Assembly (NCBI RefSeq): GCF_006345805.1
Contig: NC_043001.1
Coordinates: 105,400,001-105,464,000 of the forward strand
Direction of reading: 5' to 3'
Origin: Octopus sinensis
Lineage: Eukaryota
Length of the DNA: 64,000 nt
The notes under the pieces were generated by a model, which saw only the letters and a program-made list of their open reading frames with translations, was not told where the DNA came from and did no database searches. Position 1 is the first letter of the stretch, and each line of letters begins with the position of its first letter. A program made the position numbers and the translations under genes. Below, piece after piece: positions 11,690 to 24,542 of this stretch.

Positions 11690-12240
11690 CAGCGTTGATT
11701 GGCGCTGGACGGAAGAACAGGTTCAATTGCTCGGCGTCTGGTTTAATTCGAACATCCAAGTGGAGAACCGGGGGAGGTGACAAGCAGACTGACCAGTCTC
11801 ACCCAGAAATGGGCAGCTAAGAAACTGTCCTTGAATGGTTGGGTGGGGATGGGGATGACATATATCGCTTCCGTCATCTACTACTGCCTGACCGTCGTAC
11901 CTTGCTCTGCTTCGCGATAATTCGCTGGTCTTTACGGAGGATTTATGGCCGCGCTAGAAATCACTAGCTTGGCAATGCTACCGGAGAGCTCTGCCGGTTC
12001 GAGATAAGACTTACAGGCACAGAGGTGCTGTCAGACTGACCAACGCGAGACGTGCGCAGGTCAACGAAACCATTCTGCATGCACTCGTGCAATGTCCAGG
12101 CATTGCTAACTTGTGGAGCTTTTTCGAACAGCTGTTGACCTGTGTAAAGCGGATCACGTTATCAGACGAGTCCATCGTGAATATTAGCCCACTGTTTTCG
12201 TTTGGCCGAGAAAGGAAGGCAGTTTTCTCTGTTTGGAGCC
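11690..12240 (+). mobile_element. Decayed L1/Tx1-clade ORF2 fragments
   Basis: LGVWF.., KKLSLNG...YIASVIYY.L.V and the C-terminal knuckle ..ETILHALVQCPGIANLW, typical of L1/Tx1 ORF2. Internal deletions are present. Confidence 0.7.
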
Positions 12241-13349
12241 TTCTTTAAGCAAAATGATATATAAACATATGTCTCTACTCATCTTCATACACGCACAAAG
12301 TATCTCTTATACGCACACAGTCTTGGCATTCGTATAACAAAAGTTTTTGTTCGTATAAAATTTGATATGCCGGCATTTTTGAGCAATATTTTTGTTTACT
12401 TTTTCCACAAGCACAAGCCACGCTTCGACACATCTCAAAGGTGGTCGTATCATATGTACCTAAATGAAACGTTTCATAACGTGGAACTGATTCAAACTGT
12501 GCGTGCGTTTAGGTGTGTAACTTATTTTCCTTCATTCCGTTTCCCTTTCCGTATACTTTCCCCGATGTCTGCCCGGTTCAGTGGATAGAGCAATCTAAAT
12601 GAGAAACGCAGACAATTTAAATTTGGTTGATCGATTTCACAGCTGGTAGATAAATCATATTTTTTGTTGCACAGTTGGTAGTATTACAGTTTTTGTAAAA
12701 TTAGAGTCATATTTCAGTAACCAGGAGCGCAAAAATTGCGAAATGATGTGAAATGGAAAGAGTGCATGGAAGGTTCATCGGTTGATAACTCCACATCGAT
12801 ACTTGGAAAATAACTGGTCTTTTTAATAACAGAGAAGGACAGCTGTAAAAATGGGAAGATATGACTTCTAGTAAAAAAAGAAAATATTGAAATAAAGTTT
12901 TGGAATGGTGAAGGTGCTGGTATGGGAGAGAAAAGTGTTTAACTCGTGTCCGGTGTCACATCAATAACACTTTCAAAAATATTAAATATCAAACGAAAAA
13001 TGAAAAATGTACTTCAGAAGCTCGCTTCACAAATAACCAATTGTGATTTCAGATTTCAGTATTTGGTGCATAAAAGAGAATTCGAAATGTGTACAGCAAA
13101 CACAAACTAGAAATGTTTGAATGTTTTGAAAACTTTTGTTTCAAAATGCAGTATAGTACACGCATTATTTTACTAAACAGAATAGTAAATTTTAGTTTGG
13201 CAGGGTAGATGCTGTGAGCATGAATTATGCAGCGACTTAGTACTAGTCGTTGTAGATATGATAGGACGTGCATTGCATTATACATTTGCCACAAAATCAC
13301 ATTACAAGCTAATACAAGTCGTAGAGGGTAATTATATTTGTCAGTTGAC

Positions 13350-13650
13350 AATATAATACCGGGTGACAAGTAAGAGTTCGTGCTACATAATCGAATACAA
13401 GAAATGTCTGTATCAAATACAAACCAGAAAATGCAAATCAAAGTGAACGGAACGTTCTGCAGATATAATTCCCGGTTTCAGGATTGCCAAATTTCAGGAT
13501 GCACAAGAGTCATTAACAAATTACAAATGGTGACTTACCTTATTCAAGGTTCAAAATCCAGTATTCCATCAAACAAGACGTGTTATCGGCCATCATAACA
13601 TTGCAGTTCAGTGTGTATTTTTATTATTAACGGGTTGATAATATATCGTA
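13350..13650 (+). mobile_element. Possible highly decayed Helitron RepHel N-terminal fragment
   Basis: RYNSRFQ...TYLIQG...FSVYF resembles the Helitron motif RxYNSxFQM..FKIQG..FxQIYF. Weak. Confidence 0.3.
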
Positions 13651-14099
13651 GCGATAGCTAACCATGAATTTTCTGAAATTCGCTTCCTACGGAGAATTAA
13701 ATGACCTGGATAGGTTAACTATGTGTATTCCAGTGAAATTATCCAGATAGATGCATGTAGCCAGCCTCTTGTCTCCAAATATACACAACTCGCTAAACAA
13801 TGATTCTTGGATCTCTAAATTAAAAGATATTATAAACTTCGTCGTCTCGGTAGGTACTACTTGGTACTATCGCCATCCAAAGAACAAGACACTACGTACA
13901 AAAAACGTGTTGCTAATTGGGTTGAAAACCGGATGTTTTATTTGGGTATTGTCAGGTCAAGTGCGGGAGCGTCCGCCATTGCAGCGCTTTGCTGCATTCA
14001 CCATTTGATGGTATATTCCGCCTCTCCTCTCGAGCAATACATCCGGTAGGGCCCCAGTCAGACCACGTCTCCACGAGATAACGAAAAATTCTACTCAGA

Positions 14100-14280
14100 A
14101 ATTGGATATGCGTCCAGTTAATCGTGTATTGAAGGAGCGCCAGCACAGATGTTTGGCCATGTTGCCCGGTTTTCTGGCTTCGACCATGCTTACCGTGTTC
14201 TATTCATTGAGGATCAGTTTGGGTTGGTGGTTCGTGTTGGTCGACCACATGCCACATGGTCGCAGCAGATTGGTCATGTA
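14100..14280 (+). mobile_element. RTE-clade LINE C-terminal fragment
   Basis: ERQ..FGHVARF...D.A.RVL...RVGRPHATW matches the RTE motif RxxWxGHVxR..GRP..W. Confidence 0.65.
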
Positions 14281-14799
14281 ACAGCTGATATTTGTTTCTA
14301 TAATTTTGTATTTAGTGATCTGTATTTCCGTACTACTGAGTCTCAACTCAAGAATTTTGCATGCGTACTTTTCTGTTGTCCCACAACCTGGGAGCTTGAA
14401 GACTACTTTGATGCAAGACAGTATACTAGTCCCTTAATATTTGATATTCAATATTTCATCTATTCAATAAGACAATCATTACTTCATTTCTTTTTACTAT
14501 ATATACTTTTATACTATATATTCTATATTCTACATTAATATTACATAGAATATAAATAAAACATAAAAAACCAGACAGAGTTGAAATTCCTTTGAATAAT
14601 ATATACATATATATACATAATTCAAGGCAGTGTCCCACCATGACCATAGAGTAATAACAGAAATAAGTAAGATACACACACACATATACACACAAATAAA
14701 TATATATGTGTGCGTGTATGTATGCATGTATGTATGTATGTATGTATGTATGTATGTATATATATACATTATTTAAAAGCAACAGAAATATAACAAAAG

Positions 14800-14837
14800 C
14801 TGTTACTCAGAGTTTCACGTTCCCATTCATCGGACAA
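14800..14837 (-). ncRNA. Minimal type-I hammerhead-like motif (PLE pLTR type)
   Basis: Minus strand: uugu-CCGAUGA-aug(ggaa)cgu-GAAA-cucugag-UA-acag. Stems I, II and III can pair, and U4 is replaced by C. Confidence 0.6.
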
Positions 14838-15834
14838 TTTTATTAAAATAGAGACAGAAATAACGATATGATCAATACTAGTTAAATGATACACCTTTAA
14901 AAATGGATTTATTTCATTGGTCTTTTCAATTAACGGTCTTAAGCATGCGGTAAACAAAGTAAACAATAAATGAATTCAATATAGATTCATCCTATTGTAA
15001 AAATCGAGGAAACACCGTGAATCGAATAGTGGATTCAAAATACGTATTTCAAATAATTATATACGAAATATAATTCAATTAACAAAATTAATGCATTAAT
15101 AATTAAAATTAAAATTTTCACGCTGCATTACACAAATATTTTACAACATTATATACGCATACTAAACCATCAATATACCTATATACATTAAAATACACAG
15201 ATGGATGTACACAGACTACATACATATACAGACATATATATGTAAGACATAAATATACACACAAATACACATATACACATGTATACATATGTACGCAATC
15301 GTGCTCGCATGGAAAAAAATCACTTGGTCTATACATATAGACGAGAAGTATAATGCAGAGAGGGGGAAAGAAAAGGAAAAAGAAAGATCTTAGAGGTAAC
15401 AGCGAGAGAAAGAGATGAGTGAGACGAGGGGAGAGGCGTGCAACGTTGAAGGACTGCATACAAGTAACGAATAAGGGGTGAAAAATACTTTCCGTAAGGA
15501 AGGGAAAGAAAGAAAGAAAGAACGAAAGAAAGAAAGATAGGTGGGTGAACATGTGTAAGGAACTTACACAAAATAAAATTACGTGTACATGTGTATAAAA
15601 AAAAGTGTATATTAGCCTATATACACCTATAAGATTACATATGTAAATATATGGAAATATGCACGTAAATACACATCCACACAAATATAAGTGAATACAT
15701 GCTCACATATACATCCATGTATGTATGTGTACAAGTATAAACATACACGCTTATTTACACATATACATAGACGCATACATACGAATACATATGCATGCCA
15801 GCAATACAAAATTCCACATAAAAACATGTCTAGG

Positions 15835-15907
<73 letters not shown>

Positions 15908-16776
15908 GTATGTATACAGATTTGTATGAACGTTAAGTATGTAATATATGTATTTATGTATATGAATAACCACAAAAGCTATCATGTATATACATTGGTG
16001 CGAGAAATATTGATAAACCCAAGTCGTGAGTTGTAGTGTACTTTTGTGCCCCGTCATCGTCTTAGAGGAGACCCATAAAGGCAAATGGTGGCAAAGAAAG
16101 TGACAGTCGGAAACGTTTGATGCAGATGAGAGAAATAGAATGAATTATGCATGAAGCTGCAGTAAGTTGCTTCGCAATGGCTGGTAGAACAGATATTTTG
16201 ATCAAAATGACACTCGAAATATTTCTCGTAAAATTCGCGCGCAGCTCATTTCCCTTACTTTCATCGTTAACAGCAAAATGTAAAAGAAGAAAATTACATA
16301 AAATACTCCACCTGATTTTATATTCTAGGACTTCACGTACGGACATAAGCGAGCTCAACACACAGTTAAACTCACACACTCAAACATGCACAGACACATA
16401 ATCTCTCTCTCTCACACACACACACACGCACATTCACACATAATGTTGGAGAAGTTATATAAGTTGTATTTTCTTTGAATTCTCGATACGAATGCTGACA
16501 AGACATTGTTAACAAGTGTGTGGTGTTGAAACAAATGAGTGAATGAGTCTCATGAATTAACATTAAAACTCTTTACCAGTAACAGTGTCGTAACAGATCG
16601 TGCAGGGAGCTTCCGCGTAATTGAAAGGAAGCAGTGAACGGCAATCAACCAATTGCCGTTCAAATATATTCGTGGTCGTTTTAGATAAAATACTCTGAAA
16701 TAAATGGAAGGGTGTATTAGAATTTTTATTTTTTTTATAATACACACACGCACGCACGCACACACACACACACACA

Positions 16777-16828
<52 letters not shown>

Positions 16829-16843
16829 CATATATATAATATA

Positions 16844-16884
<41 letters not shown>

Positions 16885-16885
<1 letters not shown>

Positions 16886-17724
16886 GTCAGCAAAATAGCT
16901 ACTTGAAAAATCTCACAAAGGGACCAGAGTAGTAACTATACTAAACAGTAAAGCAAGTGGGCACATCAAAGTGTCTACTGGATGTTACTACTAGTTTAAA
17001 CCCAGGAATATTCTCCGCCAGCTGGTTATCGGTGCGACTCTGCACCCTTTATATACAATACATTGAAGGTGCGTGGCTAAGGGGTTAGAGCGTCGAGCTT
17101 ACGATTCTGAGGTTGTGACATCGATTCCCGGACCGGGCTGCGTGTTGTATTCACTTTATTTCACGTTGCTCCAGTTTACTCAGCTGTAGAAATGAGTTGC
17201 GACATGACTGGTGCCAAGCTGTATCGGCCCCTTTGCGTTTCCCTTGGATAACATCAGTGGTGTGGAGAAAGTGAGGCTGGTATGCTTGGGCGACTGCGAG
17301 CCTTCCACAAACAACCTTGCCCAGACTTGTGCCTCAGATGGTAAATTTCTAGTTGCAATCCCACGGTAATTCATGACTGAAGGGCGTCTCCTCCTCCTCG
17401 TTGTTAGCAGGGGGAGCAAACCCCTGCCACCATCTAGCAGTTATCAGGATCATGAGACTGACTTATTTTCGAGCTATTTGGGTCATTCTCAGTCGCGGGT
17501 GATAGTCAGAATACGCCATCCTCAGTACGCCAGAGCACTAGTCACTGATTTGCAACAAGCAGAATAGCCAACTGTAAAATCTCAAGAAGAGGCCCGAGTA
17601 GTAACTATACTAAACAGTAAAGTCCGTCACTACATCACAGTGGCTGTCCAATAGCGGAGAATCTGATTGGGGTTAAACTAGTAGTAACATTCAACCGCCA
17701 CTTAGATGTAGCAACACGCTTTAC

Positions 17725-17730
<6 letters not shown>
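16885..17730. repeat. Two related ~150-bp modules (16885-17030 and 17555-17730) in direct and inverted arrangement around a SINE
   Basis: gagtagtaactatactaaacagtaaag is direct at about 16927 and 17596. atgttactactagtttaa (16982) is inverted as ttaaactagtagtaacat (about 17673). Confidence 0.7.
17066..17390 (+). mobile_element. Family C tRNA-derived SINE, near full length
   Basis: tRNA-like head ggtgcgtggctaaggggttagagcg..tcgattccc. The body is shared with 41105-41365. Confidence 0.85.
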
Positions 17731-17755
<25 letters not shown>

Positions 17756-18770
17756 CCTGTGAGATGTCTTAGGCAAATATGCATGGCTAAAGTGGGATGA
17801 AAGAGTAAAGAAAAGCACTATAATTAGCATATAAAGAGCGAAGGGCTAGAATCGTGGCCGTCAGGCACAGGTCGAAAGGCCACATTCGTGGCCCAGATAA
17901 ATGCATTTCGTCAATGAGAGTTTGTTGGGGTGTAATGTCACTGAAACGCACCGATACCCCCCAGAATGCAAGAGGACTAATAGTTCAACTAATGACTTTT
18001 CAGGTGATGTAAAACTTACCACCATTAGATACTAAGAAGATATTTTAATTTTTTTTTATTTTTGCATGTTAATCTCATTTTCAAAAAATGTGCTCAGCAG
18101 TCCGTGCTATGTAAGTGCAAATCCCAGCGCTTTACGAGTTAAGTCTCAAATGCGATGTTGTGGACACAGAATTCGCGTGAATAATGGTCGAATACTAAAA
18201 CATAACTTTGAATGGCACGTTTGTAATGTCGTCCGGCTACTTCAACAAAATAAAGTCAAATTCAAAGATTAACTTGAAATGAGTGGATATTAGGAAAAAA
18301 AAGACTTTTAGAATCCTGAAAGTAGCTGTGCAGACTGCAGGTAAGTATGGTTTCTCCAGTTTAAAAGTTAATCAAGAGCATTTGCGAGAAATTAGGAAAA
18401 TAAAACATCGCATCAACAATCGTGTCGTACACCACCATAGTCCACATTGTTATTCCCCAGCTAGTTTATGTGTTGTTTTAACAAGTCATGCTAACATACA
18501 TATTGCCTTTGGTATCCTGAAGACTATGAGGCTTCTAAGTATTGGGCAATATCAGTGTCGGTAATATTTTTGCTTGGTCTTCTTGCCGAAAATTAGATGT
18601 CGACGGGAGAGTCAGTCTGATATATATATATATATATACGTATGTATGTATGTATGTATGTATGTATGTATGTATGTATGTATGTATGTATGTATGTATG
18701 TATGTATGTATGTATGTGTATATGTATGTATGTGTGTATGTATGTATGTATGTATGTATGTGTATATATA

Positions 18771-19008
18771 TATATATGAAAGAAGGTTTGAAAATGAAAT
18801 TTTAAAGATGTATATTCACTTGACCGGTTTCACTATTTTAGAAAGACATTGTCAAAAGTAACATGTAAAAGCTTAGTTGTGTTAAGTACTGGTTGTCACA
18901 ACAAAGCTTTCACATGTTACTTTTGACAATCTTTTTCTAAAAATGTGAAACCGGTCAAGTGAATAAACATATTTTAAAATTGCATTTTCAAGCCGCCTTT
19001 CATATATA
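18771..19008. repeat. Fold-back element (about 110-bp inverted arms) with a hammerhead-like motif in each arm
   Basis: attcacttgaccggtttcac..ttgtcaaaagtaacatgt versus acatgttacttttgacaa..gtgaaaccggtcaagtgaat, with (TA)n on both sides. Confidence 0.9.
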
Positions 19009-19406
19009 TTTCCACTCGTGCGGTACCTTCACTTTGTTATATATATATATATATATATATTATGACCGTTTAACTCCGTATATCTTTCTCTCCGTTTATT
19101 TCATTATCTCTACCTTCTGTAGAAAGGAGAAGATTCGAAACGTTAAAAGTATCTTCCATTTTCCGCAAGTTACAGCTTACTACACCCTAATTATTCTTCT
19201 TTCCAATCATATCTGTATCAACATTATTCTTAACCCTTTCTCTCTCTCTCTCTCTCTCTCACTCTTCTCTCTCTCTCTCACTCTTTCTCTCTCTCTCACT
19301 CTTTCTCTCTCTCTCTGTCTCTCCGCATCGATATTATAATAAGGTTGCGATTGCAACGGTTACTAATCGATACAGTAGAAACAGGTTTACGGCTATTTCA
19401 GAAGGG

Positions 19407-19531
19407 CTTCTTCTTCTTCTTCTTCTTCTTCTTCTTCTTCTTCTTCTTCTTCTTCTTCTTCTCTTCTTCTTCTTCTTCTTCTTTTCTTCTTCTTCTTCTC
19501 TTCTTCTTCTTCTTCTTCTTCTTCTTCTTCT

Positions 19532-19566
<35 letters not shown>

Positions 19567-19715
19567 TTCTTCCTCTCCTTCCTCTTCTTCCTCCTCCTCC
19601 TCCTCCTCATCTTCTTTTTCTACTTCATGTATATGTATATATATATATGTATATATATGTATATATATATACATATATGTATATATATATATATATATAT
19701 GTGTATATAAATATA

Positions 19716-19750
<35 letters not shown>
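19407..19750. repeat. (TTC)n followed by (TA)n/(TG)n
   Basis: Directly visible. Confidence 0.95.
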
Positions 19751-19753
<3 letters not shown>

Positions 19754-20307
19754 TCCTGTAAAGATTTGATGAATAATGATCCACGGTATTTAGGATCCCA
19801 TTCATTAACATCCCGTTAAACACCAAAATATTTTTACATTGTAGTAAATCAAAGTGGGGGCCGTCATGCATGCATACGCATAATCGGATATAATGAGCTT
19901 TACATGTAATATATTCCGAATAAAAGCAAAACTGCATATATTTCATATATACTTTATGCATTTATGTTAAAAAATAATGGTACCTTTCTAAACAAAAATG
20001 TGAAAGCTATGACTGCATAATCGTGATGCAAAAATGATTAAATTGTGTTAAATTACAGTCTTGTTCTGCGTACCCAAATCTTCAAAACCTGGAATATTAA
20101 GTGGCAGGTTAATGAAAAGCGTGATAAGTCTAAATACAATCGAGGTAGGGAGAAACAATGAGAAGGAACCGAGAGAAAAGTATGAGCCATAATATGTGTA
20201 TACACACGCACACACAAATACGCAAGCGCACACACAACATACATACATATATATATATAAACACATACACACACACAAACAAATGTTTTAATAATAATAA
20301 TAATAAA

Positions 20308-20347
<40 letters not shown>

Positions 20348-20429
20348 ATAATAATAATAATATATGACAACAAAAGAATGAATGAGACCTCGATATTATG
20401 TAAAATATGGGAATTTATCTATAAATATA

Positions 20430-20634
20430 ATACGTGACAATTAGTTTGATTGTCATAATAAAACTCAGTCCCAGATGTCGGGCTAAAGTCTTCTCCGGCA
20501 TCTCATCAGTTATTAAGACAAACAAAAACATTGTCTTTTTTGTTTATATTAATAACCGTTGAGATGCCGCAGCATACCTCAGCCTCGATATCCAAAACTG
20601 AGTTTTATTATGACAACCAACTAATAGTCACATA
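20430..20634. repeat. Fold-back element with inverted hammerhead-like arms
   Basis: ttgtcataataaaactcagt/actgagttttattatgacaa and cggcatctca/tgagatgccg. CTGATGA lies on the minus strand at 20503-20509. Confidence 0.85.
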
Positions 20635-20918
20635 TCATATATATACATATATACATACATAAAGAGAGAGAGAGAGACAGAGAAATAGAGAGAGGAGAGA
20701 CAGAGAAATAGAGAGAGAGAGAGAGAGACAGAAATAGAGAGAGAGAGAGAGAATAAATTAGAAAGAGGTACGCTCAATATAGAAAAGCATAGAAGTGCTC
20801 AAACGACATTGAACTGAAGCATTGAAGCTTCTTCATCCAGCCTTGCCTGCAGCATTAAAAGAAATCCAAATCGTGGATGATATAGATGCAATAATGGAGA
20901 TAAAAGCGATTATTATTC

Positions 20919-20960
<42 letters not shown>

Positions 20961-21442
20961 TGTGTGTGTGTGTGTGTATACTTAGAGCACACAATATACA
21001 GAATAGAATGTGAAAGAAAATATGTAATTTTTTAACTTGACAGCTGACTCAGGAAGGCCAGTATTAGGGAATGATCATATGGGTAAAAGCGAGTCATATT
21101 GTAATGCTAGCAAACGTAAAAAGCTGAGGGGAGAGATGACGTAGAAGATGTAAGGGACAGGGGGAGGAAGTTGTTGCACAAATTAGAAGAAAAAAAAACA
21201 GGAGCAGTATAGAAAAGGGACAGAGAGAAAGAGATAGTGAGAGAGTGAAAGAGAGATAGAGACAGAGTGAGATAGACAGAGAAAAAGAAAGAGAAAGAAA
21301 ATCAGAGAGAGAAGAGAGAGAGAGAAATTGGGGAGAAAATAAATTTAGAACCGGCGTAGCGAAAGCAAACCACAGTGAAAAGATGGGAAACATTCATACA
21401 CGCGCATAGATGTACACACACACGCACGCACACACACACGCA

Positions 21443-21492
<50 letters not shown>

Positions 21493-21876
21493 GCAAAGGC
21501 GCGCACGCACACGTATGCTCATCGTCCCTTTCTCTTTCCCATTCTCAATCAGATGCGCATAAAGCTACAGCTATTTGGTATAGATTAGAAGATAGTCTGA
21601 AGCAGATCCGGAGAAGAACGAGTCTCACTTTGATGAACGCACGAATAGCAACGAAGTTAATTTTGATAAAAATCTTATGAGATTTTTAAAGGGAATGGTT
21701 GGACAAATCATTGATTAGTTAATTAGTTGAATAACAAAACAAGACAATAATGATAGACGCTTGAAATTGATCCAGTGTGTGTATTTGTTTTTTTGACGTG
21801 ATGACCCTCCCAAACACAAGAACTTTTGTTTCAGTACACCAGTTCCCATGAAGGACCTTGGAAACCAATACAAATA

Positions 21877-21932
<56 letters not shown>

Positions 21933-21955
21933 TATATATATATAATAAGGTACTC

Positions 21956-22144
21956 AGAAGTCTGGATGGTTTTATATTTACACAGATATTTATTAATATG
22001 TCACATGTTTTTATAAATCATATAATAGCGCTTGCATCTACTCTAGGAGATTCTACTAAAGCAGATGCAAGCGCTAATATATGATTTATAAAAACATGTG
22101 ACATATTAATAAAAATCTGTAAATGTAAAACCATCCAGATTTCT
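21956..22144. repeat. Near-loopless palindrome of about 190 bp flanked by (TA)n
   Basis: tctggatggtttta..atatgtcacatgtttttataaatcatata..agcgcttgcatct is mirrored about position 22051. Confidence 0.92.
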
Positions 22145-22207
22145 TCTAATATATAATAACTGTACATCACCTCCAAACCTTATAAGATATATATATATTA
22201 TATATAG

Positions 22208-22240
<33 letters not shown>

Positions 22241-23550
22241 CGTATATATATTAAACAAAATACACATATTTTTACACGAAAATGCTATTTCCTGAAAACA
22301 TAAGTAAAAAGATACGCACAGAGGAAAATGTTTCCGGTGTTATACTTTTGACATTGCAAGAAGATCGCAAAAAGAAAGAAAATAGGTTCAGTTTGTTAAG
22401 AACAAAAGCCATTATTAGGAATATAAATGAAAATGAAACAATTGAAGAAAGCGAGCTGTTTTAGATTTTATTTAAACGAATTTTCTAAATGCTCTTTTGT
22501 ACAAAGTGAAACGACGAGAGCATTCAATAAATTTGAAAAGAAATATCTGGTTTGAATTGAAATATATACAATGATATGCAGAGATCCACAGTGAAATACA
22601 TTTTAAATATACACTGAAGCCATACACACACACACGCATACACACACATAATACTTATATATTTACATGTGTTCGTGAGCGTGGAGAGAGAGTGTGTGTG
22701 TGAGAGAAAACAGTTAATTTTCTTTTGGAGCGTAACATCCAAAATTTTAATGGGAATAGATTGTGCTTATCGGATTACTTATGTATTATATGGCTAATAT
22801 AAATATCAATGATTCGCAAATTTCCAGAAGTTATATGCTCCCATCCCGATGGAAGATCATCTCGTTTCCAATCACTTACAGAAAATTGCTTTCGTTTCAT
22901 TTACGTTAATAATGACGGCAAAATGGTGAAACGAACGTTGCGATTTCACCATCACTCTGAATATATTTATATTATTTTGTGTTTAGACTTTCTATCTGAC
23001 AAGTTTCGAATATGCGATCCATATTTATGCCGACCCATTCAGTTATTGATTCTTGACACCAAATTTGATTGTGGAGATTTCGGATATAACACCGATAACT
23101 GACTTACGTGTTCTATCTGCAAATTTTCTCCGCGCTTGAAATGGTTATGGCATATAATTGGTAAACATTATACACTGAGCTAATGAGACAGGAAACTATG
23201 CGCTTGCAAAATCTAATAGAAAATACCTGACATGTCCCATTGGAAATCCACTCCATCTTCTTACAATAAAATAACAGAAAAAAATGCTATAACACCGCCA
23301 GATGCAGACGCAGATTAACTATGATACAAGTCTCAGTTATTAGACGGGAGAAATGTTTTAATATTATGTAAAATCAATGTGAACTCATAGAAACAAAACA
23401 AAGAAAATAACAATAACGTCCGTTGATAAATAGAAAAGAGAAACGCAGTGGAGAAGTGAAGCAGTTTTCTATATCTCCTACAGCAATACTTATATAGAAT
23501 TGGCAGAGCATTCACGACACCATATGTATATGTATGTATGTATGTATATA

Positions 23551-23776
23551 TATTTCTTTACTGCCCACAAGGGGCTAAACATAGAGGGGACAAACAAAGG
23601 CAGACAAACGGATTAAGTAGTTTACATCGACTCCAGTGCGTAACTGGTACTTAATTTATCGACCCGGAAAGGATGAAAGGCAAAGTCGACCTCGGCGGAA
23701 TTTGAACTCAGGACGTAATGGCAGACGAAATACGGCTACGCATTTCGCCCGGCGTGCTAACGTCTCTGCCAGCTCG
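23551..23776 (-). mobile_element. Family A SINE, near full length
   Basis: High identity to 3330-3562. Confidence 0.92.
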
Positions 23777-23810
23777 ACTTGAAAAGTATGGTGTTTATAT
23801 ACATACATAC

Positions 23811-23859
<49 letters not shown>

Positions 23860-23860
<1 letters not shown>

Positions 23861-24050
23861 CGGGAAGGTTTACGAAAATAAACAAAAGACGAAGGCAGGT
23901 GGAGTACAAACAAACAAATGTATTAGTATAGCGCTCAGGATAGAAATGAAAAAGTCTTTTACATTTCGAGCCTACGCTCTTCGACAGAAAGATACACAGA
24001 AAACAACAAGGAGAGAAACAAGGAGAGAAAAAAATGCGTGTAGGAGCTAA
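23860..24050 (-). mobile_element. PLE-type pseudo-LTR with a minimal hammerhead (23955-23992)
   Basis: Minus strand: ucuuu-CUGUCGA-A-gagc(guag)gcuc-GAAA-ug-UA-aaaga. Related pieces occur at about 19110-19150 and 41368-41478. The 3' end abuts (TA)n. Confidence 0.7.
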
Positions 24051-24472
24051 CGATATATATATATAACTATATTCTTAAACTGACCACCCCGCTAATGCTC
24101 ACGACGGCCAATGTTGCTGGTCAATCTTCCATTTCATGGTTATCCTCCACAGATTTGAGCCACATCTGTGCTGTATTCCTGGGATATCATTTTGTTTATA
24201 AAATTATGTCTCGTCTTATGATTACGGTATTTATTAACAGGTGATGTTAATCGCGGTGCCACTCCCGAGAACTTAGAAATAGAATCGTTAGAGAAATTTC
24301 TTAAGTGCGTGTTTAGGGGGATTATATTTTATATTCACACACAAAATATACCCCAACTTAAACTTAAAAGTTTATAATAATAATATTGGATTGTTCTGGG
24401 CAACTCTGATGGTAGACGAGCTTATTACTGTACTCTACTACGTCCTCACGGAATAAACCATAATTATATATA

Positions 24473-24542
<70 letters not shown>

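Noticed and set aside
18312-18346. Perfect splice donor CAG|GTAAGT suggesting a 29-nt micro-exon
   Set aside because: The acceptor is weak and there are no partner exons. Such a 9-mer can occur by chance in 64 kb.
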